DNA from: Macrostomum lignano
Taxonomy: Eukaryota
NCBI GenBank assembly: GCA_002269645.1
Contig: NIVC01003158.1
Coordinates: forward strand, 1 to 64,000
Direction: 5' to 3'
DNA length: 64,000 bases
Both the position numbers and the translations under genes were made by a program. Position 1 is the first letter of the stretch; the number at the start of each line of letters is the position of its first letter. This document shows, one piece after another, positions 20,838 through 32,120 of this stretch. Below the pieces are notes generated by a model. That model ran no database searches, was not told the origin of the DNA, and worked only from the letters and a program-made list of their open reading frames with translations.

Positions 20838-22115
20838 CCCTGGAGGGGCTGTGCCCATTCTAAAAATAACCTTTTTATTCTAATTAGCTTCCTGATTGCA
20901 GCGCATGGGCATTTTGGCGGACGGCGTCCGGCGCAGATCTAATATGGCGCGACGCGGCGCGTACGGCGCGCGGTACTAATTAGATGCCGAGGCATTTAGG
21001 CTTGATAAGACAGTCATAGTTACTCCTGCCGTTTACCCAAAACTGCGTTAATTTTGCTTTAGGGTTTCTTTCACAGGTAAGTCATTTCACAGCGTGGCGC
21101 AGGTTGTGTAGGCGTCTGGCGTACTTAAGCCATGCGCTGCAATAGGGATTAGCTTTTTGGCCCTCGGCCTTGGTTTAGGGGGTTGTACATGGCATAAGCG
21201 TGTAATCTAGACTGCAGTGTGGCTAGAATAGGACTTGAGCCCCTCGGTCGTACCTGCCCTATAGGAAAGAATGACCATTCACAAAGGTGTATGGTTAGAG
21301 CCCAGTAGCATGCTAGCCCTGAGGCTAAGCCTGGGTTTTTAGGGTTCAAGTGCTCCTCACATTGTTTTTATTGTTTTTAATCCCATTATTAGGGGCCTAT
21401 ACACACTGGTAGCACCTGCCATTTCAACTAGCAATAAGCCACCTTTAACCAACCTGAAGTTTTGAGCTCTGCCTTGCCTGGTCCATCTTGCTTTGTCCTC
21501 GGTTCTATTTGCTAGGCTCCTCTGGAAGCTCCCTGCCTGTGTTTTGGCTCTTATCCTAACAGTGGACTAGCATCCCAGGGAATGAGTTTGTCCTAAATTG
21601 GGGATACCGGCTGAGTCCAAATCCTTTTATGCCTTGTGCCCTTTTCCCAACCCCTTGGCCCAGCCTCCAATCTAAAGCTAGATAGGTGATACCCTTGTGG
21701 CTTGCAGCCCTATAGGAGGGTTTTTTGCAAGGTTTACCTCTTGATAGGAGACTCACCCTTGGAAACAAGCCTTCCAGCCAAATACCAAATTCCTAACTAT
21801 TGCTTTTTCCATAGACCTCTGGGGTTTCCCCGCTCTTAGACCACTCTAAGTAGCAAACTAAGCTTTTCGAACTCTTTTTTGCATGCACTCCCTAAGACTT
21901 GTCTGCTGGGTGGTGGCCTGGGTAGACTTGGTCCTAGCACTGTCCTTGATTCTACTTTTGGGTTGGTAATGCCTTAGTCCATAGGCTTAGGTTAATAATC
22001 ATTCATATTCACACCTATCCTTAACTAAGATATTAGGGTCTAACCAACTAGTTTAGTAGGTATCTCGGGCTTAGGCCCTTAGAAGTGCCTATCAGCAGCA
22101 GAGCCCCTCCCAGGG
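20838..22115. mobile_element. 1.28-kb element with short TIRs CCCTGG(G)AGGGGCT(G/C)TG carrying a 28S rRNA-like segment
   Basis: Inverted repeats at 20838-20853 and ~22099-22115; TSD not evident. Confidence 0.45.
20975..21038 (-). other. Isolated fragment similar to the conserved LSU (28S) rRNA domain IV segment; not an rRNA gene
   Basis: Minus strand GGGTAAACGGCAGGAGTAACTATGACTGTCTTATCAAGCCTAAATGCCTCGGCATCTAATTAGT versus 28S GGGTAAACGGCGGGAGTAACTATGACTCTCTTAAGGTAGCCAAATGCCTCGTCATCTAATTAGT. Confidence 0.8.
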
Positions 22116-24428
22116 CTAATCTGCGAGTAGCAACTGCTCTCACCCCCATTTAACAATAAATTGGCACACCAAAATGCTAGGCACCAAAAAGCACAGGCGC
22201 CAAAAAGCATGGAAATCCTTTGAATACAAGCTAGATTTAAAGAAAAAAAGTAACTTACAAAATTATTCTATTGTTGTCATATTATGTTATGGCATGGTGC
22301 CATTGAGTAGGCCTATCCAAACCAAAGTTTTTATTTGCATAATTGCAAGTAGGAACAAAGTAGGGCAGTAGGCTAGCCTAGTAGTCATTGAAAAAATAAC
22401 ATTTGTAGTTGTTTCTTTTGCTGCAGCGACAGAATATAACACTTAGAACAAATAGATTCTATATAAGAATTGCATGTCAAAATCTCAATTGATAATCAAT
22501 AATCAAACCCTTACCTTACTGGCTTAATGCTGTCCAATAAAATAGGCCTATAAAATATAGGAATACAACAAATAAGCATTTCAGCATTTCAGACCTACGC
22601 TCCGTAGGTCTAGATTTTGGCGCTGCTCTAAGCTGAACGTCAGTGAAAGAACTGAGACTACGCACTGAGCAGTTAATTGAAAATTAAGCCTAGCCTATGT
22701 GGCTATGCCAACGCAATAATTTAAAGCTTGACGGCAGTAAATTGATTCGCAAGATTTTAAAGCGTATACATTACTACATTTATTAAATTTACAAGCTAGT
22801 TTATCCACAGAACGCTTAGATGTATAGTATAGAATAGAACTGGTATTTTATCAAACTGATTAAGTGACGCTTCAGAGTCTGCCGTCAGTCTGACGACGAG
22901 CTCAGCCACGTGTCTTCACAGTTTCACAGAAAAAAAGCCGTAAAATATCTGCAAGTCAACCAAAGCTATAAGTTCTATAAAACTAACCCTCAAAGCCGTA
23001 GAGAGTTTAATTATAAAGAAATAACGAAATATGTTTTTTATGTCCATTTTTCAAATTATTGGAACGATAAAATTAAATTTTTATTATAATGCGGTTTAGA
23101 AACGATCAAATGTGAGCATGTAAAATTACGAGAGTATAAAGTTAACATGCATTTACATGTTTACATGTACCAGGAAGCGCAGTAGGCACAGAATGACAAT
23201 TTCTTAGTCAGGAAGGGCTCAAATATGTGTAGCGCAAACTGATCGATGCAGATCCTCAAAGCAAAATCATGAATTGCCAAACACAGCAGCAATGCAAAGA
23301 CGCAAATTAGTTAATTGTGTCATTAAGAAAGAAAACACGAGGACGAGAAGATCGAATAATATTAAACTTCCAAAAAAGAATATCAGCATAGTTTATACTC
23401 TGACTATGTTCAGTTGTTTTAGAATTCATAAGCAGCTAGTGTGAAAAATATAGAACTAGAAGTTTGACACATTGCTTTGCAGCTTTTGTTCCATCTATTA
23501 TATATGGTGGCCTTGAATTACCCCTTGAGGTCCATACCCAGGTCCATACTTTTGTCCATGCTTCTGTGATGCTCTTGGATATCTAAAACTGAGATGTCCA
23601 GGTCAGCCACCAACCAGGTCAGCTCTTGTAGCTTCCACCTAGGTTGACTGAGGTGACAGACCAGCTAATTCTAATGCTTCCTAAACTTTACGTTTAGAAT
23701 GGCAGCTAGGGTTGTCCGCATACACATGCACCATTGGTACATGATCCCAAACACTGGAACCACTCTTTTACTTTGCTAAATTTGTTAAAAGAATTTTTGT
23801 GCATTTATACAAGCATTTATGCTTGTTTTCGCTATTTACTTTTCCATTTAATTTTCCTTGTTCTTTATACTGTTTCATCACTTTTGCAATGCTGTTCGAC
23901 ACAATAAAATTTGCTCAATTTAGTTTATCATACCTTCTAGCCTCAATTTTGTGGCGGACAGACTGCTGTTTTATACATTTAAGTTCAGCTATAAGCAAAT
24001 AAACTCGACACAAGTCTGCTTGCTTGCTAAATTCTACTGCCACGGCCCACTACTGACTTACTTGGTAGGGGAGGGGGGGGGCAAAAACCAATTCAAAGAC
24101 TTGAGCAGTTCATGTTCTAATGCAAGCTTATCAATATCGAGAAATGATCGCAACACCCAGACAGACATTGAGATTAATTTCAACACTAACAATACATTAT
24201 AGCTAAGATGTGGCACTCGCAGATTTGCAGATTTATTATTTATGTAACAACACAAATGCCTTGACTCACAAGTGTCGCAAGGTTTTTCAACTGCAAACAA
24301 TAACCAACAATAACGAGAAAATGCCATGATTAAACAATTAAAGGGGCTGCTACTTGGCATAGTGATTGTTGGGGCCCCACTGGCTTCTGCTGTATCAAAA
24401 TTACTGAAATCAGCAGTCAGCTGGGAGA

Positions 24429-24588
24429 CAGACACGATACCGCCTGTACAAGACACGATACCGCTTGTACAAGACACGATACCGCCTGTACAAGACATGG
24501 TACCGATTGTACAAGACACGATACCGCCTGTACAAGACACGATACCGCTTGTACAAGACATGGTACCGCTTGTACAAGACACGATACC
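24429..24588. repeat. Minisatellite, ~8 copies of 21 bp (CAAGACACGATACCGCYTGTA)
   Basis: Read directly; 7-aa periodicity QDTIPPV in the overlapping spurious ORF. Confidence 0.9.
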
Positions 24589-24663
24589 TTTAGCGGTCAA
24601 GTATTCAGAGCGTGTCAGGCATTGCTAAGCAGAGTCAGTCAAACGCGCATAGGAATCGGCCAG

Positions 24664-27614
24664 TCACCGAGCCAGCGGCCCTGCCAAGCAGGCCGCGTGT
24701 CTCTCAACGGCTTCCCGGCAGCAGCGGCCGACCAGCTCGCTGGCCGCTTCGCCCACCATCTGGACGCTGACAACGCGAACCGCCAAGTCGCCACCGCCGG
24801 CAGTGAAAACTCGGACAATGGCGGCGCCAGGCAGCGCCTCCTCCCGGCCGTCCGGCACCGACAACAGCTGATCGTTGTCAATGGCAACAAAGCTAGTACA
24901 AATGACGGCGCTTCCAGGGCGCAGCACGGCCGGGCGGAATTGCTCGCCGCTGGGGCAGCGCCTCACACCGACGTCAGCTGCTGCTGTTGAACGAACCGAA
25001 GGTCCGGAGTTCGAGTCATCGTGACCGGCATCGGCGGGGACTACGAGGCGCGGCAGGCAAAGGTTGGCCAGGGCGGCGCTGACGGCCAGGAGGCAGGCGT
25101 CTGGCAGGGAGCCGTCGGCGCTGAGGCAGACGGCGTCAACGTGCAGCTGCAGGCGGTGCCGCGGTCCCACGGTCAGCTGGGCGGCGTCCAGACAACCGGA
25201 CTGGGCAAGAGCGTCTGACATCTGCAGGAAAGGAATTAAAAATAATATAACTGCACTGTATTGTACGCATAACTGGGAATCATAAGTGCAATTTTGATCG
25301 ATTTGTTTGTTTGATTTTCAATTACAGGGTACGGTGCGCTGCCGCAAAGCAGTCATGCCATTGCGCTGCCCCATAAGCACTTGAGGTACTTTGGCGCCAG
25401 AATCGATCGCGTTACCGCTGAACTGCTCAGCCTTAGCATGAATCGCGGATGTCTAATCTGCTATTCGGAAGTCAAAACGGAGCACGATGGGTTGTTTTCC
25501 CAAGTTCAAAACTTCACACTGTCTAAGGCAACAGCACACTTCACCAGCTTAGACAACAACAAAATACGCGACCCTGCAAGCAGAGGTCACAGTTAAAGCA
25601 GGGGGCGTCAGATGGCGCGCCGCAGAGCCTGGGAGCGAACAAAGTCCGCTCCGTTGGCAGTGTCGAGCGCCCCAGCGCCGCACAGCAGGCAGTCCACGTA
25701 TCGACGGGTCGGGCCTGACCCCGCCTGAACGGACCTTGCAAGGTGAGCAGCAGGACGTCCTGAACAGGTTGGGGGCAGTAGCCCTCGGCCCGGATCACGT
25801 GGCTCGCCAGTTGAAGTCGCCGCCGGCGCAGGATGGTGGACGGGCGCTGCAGCTTGGCCCGATCGTACAGGGCCTCGGTCCCGACGCTCTCGTCAGCTCG
25901 AAAGGCCGCACGGAGCAGCGCTGAGTGCGCCGAGTCCAGCTGCCGCTCTAGCGTAGCCGTCAGCGTCCACGGACGCTTTCGACCACAGCCGAGCCCTTTG
26001 GCGGTCGGGCAGCGCTTCCGACTGGAGGACGACTCGGATCGAACAAAAGGCCGCCCAGGCAAGTCCTCTGCGCCGCCGGAGGTCCTCTTCCACGTGGGGC
26101 ACCAGACCGCCGAGGTAGGTGAACCGCTGGCAGCGTGCGAGCCTGGTCGTCTGCCCGTCTGCGCCGCGGCACGTCAGGTCCGATGGGATGTCGGCCGGCA
26201 AGGTCAGCACCTTGGTCTTCAGCGTGTTGACAATCAGACCAACACTGCGATGCCACCTCGACCAGCCTGTCAATCTGGTACTGGGCGCCTTAAACGGACG
26301 AGGACAGGAGGGCGAGGTCGTCGGCGTAGCCAAGCACGCTTAGGCGCTTTTCGCCGTGGCGGCGACCGATGCGTCTGCGCAGCAGGAAGCGGTCATTAGC
26401 AGAGGGGAGTGCGGTCCGAAGCACCCAGTCCAGCAGCAGCACTAAGAGGAACGGCGCTAGCGTATCGCCCTGCAGAACTCCTGATGAAGTATCGAACAGG
26501 TCAGACAGGCCGTCCGCCGTCACCACAGCAGCTTGAGTATCGCGATACAGTGACATGATACTCGTAGCGTCGATTAGCTGCTGCGGGACTCGGTAGGCTC
26601 AAAGGACGAAGGGGAGCGCGGCTCTCAGCACCGAGTCAAACGCCTTTCAAAAGTCAACGAAGACAATGATCAGCGTAGACTGGCGGATGCGCGCCTCCTC
26701 GATGACCCGGCAGAGTGCGAGGATCTGTGTCACTGTACCGCGTTGCGGCCGGAATCCATTCTGCTCGTACCGCAGGTACGGGTCTAGCACCGACTGCAGA
26801 CGATCGAGCAGCAGCCGGTTGAAGAGCTTCGCGGTGCAGGACATCAGCGAGATCCCGCGGTGGTCTTCTTTCCGTGTTGTCCCTGCCTTATTCGGTATCG
26901 GCACGATGTGCGCGACGGTAAACTCGGTGGGCGCAGGAGCGCCATCGAGCACGCGGTTCATGACGCCTGTGACCTGGGAGGCCACACAGCAGAGCCGCAA
27001 CGCTTCGACCGGGACTTCGTCGGGGCTGAGCGCCTTGCCACCTGATGATTGCCGAGCAAACAGCACAACAGAACTTCACCAGCTCAGAACCTTACATCAC
27101 AAGCTCTTAATGCCCCATCGGAAAAATATTAGCGCTCTTATCTGTTTCGAGCCTGTAAAATATTCGCTCCGGCCCAGCCGCAGCCAGAATGCCTTCAGAA
27201 CACAGAAAACAGCTCAAAGCTAGAAATTCGCACCTGAACGGTGAGCGCCTGCGCCAAGTCGCTGGGCGGCCCGGGCCGGAACGCTCTCGAACAGACGGGC
27301 GGCAGGTCGGCATTTAACACGACGCCCGCCGCCAGCAGCGGATGGCAGCCCGCGGCGGCGGCGGCGGTTCCGGCAGCCGAGAGCTCCACAACGCTGGCCG
27401 ACACTCCGCAGGCGAATTTCGTGTTGCCGAGCACCGAAATCGCGCTGCCAGCCGCGCCGCCTAGGCAACTGGGGGTCACGTGACCGACACGGCTGGACGG
27501 AGAGGCCGCGGTGGCGGCCAGCCGCAGCCTGTTGGCCAGCAGCGCCTTGGCAAACTCGGCGGGGGCGGCCAGATTCCAGTCTGCCGCATCGTCAGTCAGC
27601 ATCGGCTGCGACAT
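24664..27614 (-). CDS. EXOSC8: Exosome complex RNase PH-like subunit RRP43; exons 27614..27234 and 25221..24664 (~312 aa)
   Basis: GSAISVLGNTKFACGV, LPPVCSRAFRPGPPSDLAQ, LHVDAVCLSADGSLPDACLLAVSAALANLCLP match RRP43; phase-0 junction CAG|GTGCGA ... TTCCTGCAG|ATG. Confidence 0.85.
25541..27066 (-). pseudogene. Decayed RTE-like non-LTR retrotransposon reverse transcriptase inside the EXOSC8 intron
   Basis: HRGISLMSCTAKLFNRLL, EQNGFRPQRGT, GVLQGDTLAPFL, LGYADDL(A), FTYLGG fragments with frameshifts. Confidence 0.88.
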
Positions 27615-28234
27615 GCCGGGTTTGGAAGCTGGAATGCATCCAGATGGAGCTTTGAGCCGCTAAGGTTGTCTGAGAACTTTCGAACCTCGCACTGTCGTTA
27701 AAAGAATTTGACACAAAACTCAATCGATTAGAAAATCGCCCCGTAGCGACAAAGAAGTTACTAGAGTAATTTAAAATGCAAAGACTTAGCGAAATGGAAT
27801 GAAACTCAGTGGATAAAAAAATTGGTGAATATATAGGTAAATATAATATATTTATAAAATGAGCATATAATTAAATAAAAATATAGTGAGACACTGCAAA
27901 ACCGCAGACACACAGGGCTCTCACAGCACGCATATACAGTATGTATGCAGCAGATTGGAATGATCTCACAATGCAAAATTATCAATAGCAAAACAGGTCA
28001 AGAAGCCGCAGGAAAAACCAAATTTAAATACAGTAGCACAATTTCAAAAAAGATTTTGTTAAAACTGGCATGAAAAATTGTCATGTCTGAGACTCCTCTC
28101 AGCCAAATAAAAATTATTGGAAGGATTTGAAGGTAAATTCTTGATAAAATAACTAATACGCAGAGTATGCAATAAAACATTAGCAGCGCACTGGAAGCCC
28201 GAAACCAGATGAAATTTGCCATCCCGTGCAGAAA

Positions 28235-28659
28235 AGTCAGCAGTCGGTCACTCAGACAGTCAGCAGTCGGTCACTCGGACAGTCAGCAGTCGGTCACTCA
28301 GACAGCAGCAACCGGTCACTCAGACAGTCAGCAGTCGGTCACTCAGACAGTCAGCAGTCGGTCACTCGGGCAGCAGCAATCGGTCACTAAGACAGTCAGC
28401 AGTCGGTCACTCAGACAGTCAGCAGTCGGTCACTCAGACAGTCAGCAGTCGGTCACTCGGGCAGCAGCAGTCGGTCACTCAGACAGTCAGCAGTCGGTCA
28501 CTCGGGCAGCAGCAGTCGGTCACTCAGACAGTCAGCAGTCGGTCACCCAGACAGTCAGCAGTCGGTCACCCAGACAGTCAGCAGTCGGTCACCCAGACAG
28601 TCAGCAGTCGGTCACTCAGACAGTCAGCAGTCGGTCACTCGGGCAGCAGCAGTCGGTCA
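28235..28659. repeat. Minisatellite, ~18 copies of 23-24 bp (CAGTCAGCAGTCGGTCACTCAGA), overlapping the CLOCK stop codon
   Basis: Read directly. Confidence 0.92.
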
Positions 28660-31486
28660 GCACCGTCGTTAGTTACAGAATGAGCGGCAGCCGCGGTGGC
28701 CTCAGCCGTCGCAGGTGTCGTGGCAGCGGCCGACAGCATCGCAAGCTTTCTGCTGACGTCCTCCAGTTCTTCCTGGTTGCGCCTAACAGCGGCTGACAGC
28801 TGGCTGTAGCGGGCACACAGCTGGGCGTAGAGCTCCGCCTGCTGCGGGCTGAGCGACTCGGCGGCGGACAGACCGACGTGCGCGGCTGCAGCTGCAGCGG
28901 CGGCGGCCGCGGCGGCAGCATTGTCGGCATCGTTGCTGGTGTCGTCGTCGTCCCAGATGCTGCCACCTTCCGCGGCGGAGTCTGTTGGCACCGCCGAAGA
29001 CGAGGAGGCCGTCCGTGAGGCCTCAGGCGCAGCGGAAACCGCGGCAGCAACGGCAGAGCCAGTAGCGGCAGCGTCGGCGGCAGCGGCGCGGTGGTCGGCA
29101 GAACCGTAGACGCAGGTGTAGGACTCAGGCCGGCCGCTCCACTGGGCATAGTTGGCGTGGGCGGACATGGAAAGCCACAGCCAGTCGCCGCTGGGCAGGA
29201 CGTGACGGCAGGCGTGGCAGACGGCGAGGCCGTCGCGCTTCAGACGCTCGAGAAAGCCGGCAACCGTTTCCAGGTCGGCCGGGTGGCACAGGTCGAATCC
29301 GGAGCGGCCAATCAGGGCGCTGGAGCGCTGGCCAATCACAAGCGAGCAGCGCGGATCCACTTCCGTGAAGCGCCAGGCTAGGCTAAGGCGGGCCTGTTGA
29401 AATGGAGAGCACAGCATCATCTTGGTTGACATTAAAGTGGAAGCCGGTACCAGACAGATTGAATGAAGGCGGGTATCAGGCTGAGCTAAAAGAGAAGGGG
29501 GTCAGCGGAGGCGGGGTCAAGCTGAGCTCAAACCTGAAAAGTGGGTCCGGCAGGCAGCGACAGCTCGGCAGGCGGCTGGCAGTTGCCGGCGTAGCGGCGC
29601 ACCACAGCGCCGATCGCGGGCCCCGTGGCCGGCTGGCAGCGCAGGAAGCCGACCAGCTCCACGGCGCAGTACTCCGGCCGGCGCTGCAGCTGTCCGAGAG
29701 ACTCACCGGCCGCGGCCGGGTCGGGGGCCCGCTCCAGGGCGCAGCGGATCACGATCTGCGACTGGTCGGGGCTCTGGCTGCGCTTCAGGCACCAGGTGGC
29801 CACCTGGTCCCGCTCGGACGGGTGCACCAAAGAGTAGAACGACTCGCCTACGAGAGCCTGCGGCTCGTGGCCGAGGCAAGCGGAGACCTCCTCGCTGACG
29901 GACCGAATGGAGCCGGTGTCCACTGAGAACTGCACCAGGAAGCCGGAGTGGGACTGCGGGGATGGGCGATTCGCGGTGCTCTCAGGGGTTGAGGGTGTCT
30001 GTTCAAACAAAAGACGAGATCAACAGTCCAGGGCTGGCCTGCCATGCTTACCTGCAAATATAGGCCCAACAGTTCCGAATTGGTGAGAAACGGCGGCTTC
30101 ACAGTTTCATCCAGGTCTCCAGTAGAGAAGCTGGTCTCTGCAATAGAAAACCATAACTGATCATTCATAACTGATTTAATTCAAAATTTATGTGAGCGCA
30201 CCTGGAATCAAGCCTGGGCCGCTGGCACATCAGTGATCACCCCACTAGACACTCATCAGACAAAATGCAAATTTCTGACTGAGAAACAATTAAACCCAAA
30301 ATTGGACATCAAACCTTGCAAACTTTATAGCAATTTGATTAACATCAGTGCTACAAGTCTGACAAAGAATAACAAGGCCTGTTATCACTTTTAACGAGCT
30401 AAATGGGAATTTGGGCAATCAAAACGGAACCCCATAGACATTCAAGCCAGGCCACAGATCACACCCTAGTCATGGACTCAAGCAGTTTAGCAAAGTCTAC
30501 TGAGGGAGGCTTGGCGATAGGCCGTTCAAAACGGAAAGAAAGGACTGTGCAAAGCCGATCAGGAAATGAGAGAATTCTTTGTTGAGAAACTCGATGAAAA
30601 TCTTTTCCTGACGCTCAAGGAAATGTCTGAACTACGTTACCAACTGGTAACGAACACTTTGTTCACTTTTAAATATTTCAGTGGCCCTGAGATAAAAACG
30701 ATACTACAGTCAACTGACTGAAGGTTTACTTTTATCTGTGTCAAGGAAGCCTCCGTGTTTGCTTCGCGTGTACAAGTTTAAGCTAAAAAATCTATGGAAA
30801 TTCTTTTGAGTGTCGCTTCATGGGGAGCTAAGCGAATATAGAGGCTTCCTTGATCTGTGCAAAGTCGCTATCAGTCAAGGCTTTATAGCCATACATAGCA
30901 ATTTGAAACGACCAATTCTAAGCTCGCTTGCCTCTCAGTCAGAATTCGGGTGTCGTCTATGGCCCAACCTTTTTATTATAGTGTTTGTTACAGGCAAAAA
31001 ACAATTGCCTGGTGATTTTAGTTTTTAATCTGAATATGAATACGACCTCTTTGCAACGCACCAAATTGGACGCAGTGAAAACCAATTAGGAAGAAAGAAG
31101 GCATAGTAAATCTCTGTCAAGCATTCCACAAATTAGACAAACGCAAAATCCAAGCAGACTAACTAAACCTCCGTATCTACAAAGCAGCGCCACCCACCGT
31201 CCGCATGCAGTCGCAGGAACTGCAGCGCGTCCTTGAGAATCTTGGCCTTGTCGTTGCGCTTATTCCTGCTGCCAATGAGGACGGCCAGCTCATTCACCAG
31301 GCCGTTGAACAGGTCCCTTCGTTTTTTCTCGTTTAGATTTCGACTGCGCCGCTTTGAGTCGCCGCCACCGCCGCTGAGCATCGCGTCGCTAAGGTCGCTC
31401 TCGCCAGCCAGGGAGGCGGAGGCGGCAGAGCCGGAGGCGCTGACTGAGTGGCCGCTGCCGCCAAGGCGCAACGCGTAGTCAGACAT
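28635..31486 (-). CDS. Clock: CLOCK/NPAS2-like bHLH-PAS transcription factor; exons 31486..31198, 30137..30052, 29998..29534, 29393..28635
   Basis: bHLH KRRSRNLNEKKRRDLFNGLVNELA; PAS-A; PAS-B ARLSLAWRF...GRSGFDLCHPADL...QWSGRPE; CLOCK exon-19-like coiled coil LSAAVRRNQEELEDV; all three predicted GT-AG introns keep the frame. Confidence 0.82.
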
Positions 31487-31929
31487 GCCAGCTGCCAGTT
31501 GGAGCGGAATTCGCCAATAGATTCACAGTTTCAGCTACACGCCACTTGCTACTTAGAGTAGGTACTTTAACTGATGCACTATCATCAATAATATAGCAAA
31601 GGGTTTTCTGATTTGCTATTCTGCAAGTACTTGGTTAGGCACTTGAGTTGTGACATTTTTAGATAGTTAATATAACAATCAAATGTATACATGCATTTAA
31701 TTTTTAGTATATTGGATGGATATTGTATGCTATTTTCACTATGATTAGAGTATAATAGTTTTTTTTTATTAGAGGCAGGGGGTTGTGTGCACACTGGCGC
31801 ACTTTAAGCGACATAGGCACACAACTGGCAAGAGGCATTACTGTCCATTCTGCCAACTCCCCCTGAGCAGGCATACAAGTGCGCAGATACGTATGCAGGC
31901 ACACACTCACACAGGAGTGTACAGCAGCC

Positions 31930-32120
31930 CTAACTTTATATTATAGTTAGGCATGTACACTTCATTGCGTCTTTGGGGTTGGCTCTCAAGGCTGTTAATT
32001 GCATGAGCAGAGCCAAGCCAAGATTCCAATTCAGCCCCAAATTAATGTGACTGCACTTGGAATCGAGCCTGGGTTGCTGGCAAACCAGAGCAGCTGCACT
32101 ACTGCTGGGCTATGGCCCCT
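31930..32120 (-). mobile_element. tRNA-derived SINE (degenerate)
   Basis: Minus strand GGGGCCATAGCCCAGCAGT (A box-like) ... GGCTCGATTCC (B box-like); no tRNA cloverleaf. Confidence 0.5.

Larger units (their letters stand above)
20141..22212. mobile_element. Degenerate non-autonomous DNA transposon bounded by ~35-bp inverted repeats
   Basis: CCATGTTTTTTGGTGCCTGTGCTTTTTGATGCCTAG versus CTAGGCACCAAAAAGCACAGGCGCCAAAAAGCATGG; no clear TSD. Confidence 0.45.

Noticed and set aside
20975-21038. Functional rRNA gene
   Set aside because: Only a short segment matches 28S, its conserved core is altered, and the flanks are not recognisable rRNA.
24058-24628. Repetitive ORFs (SCTGGIV / QDTIPPV) and those at 28209..28796
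   Set aside because: Translations of minisatellites in several frames; no evidence of coding.
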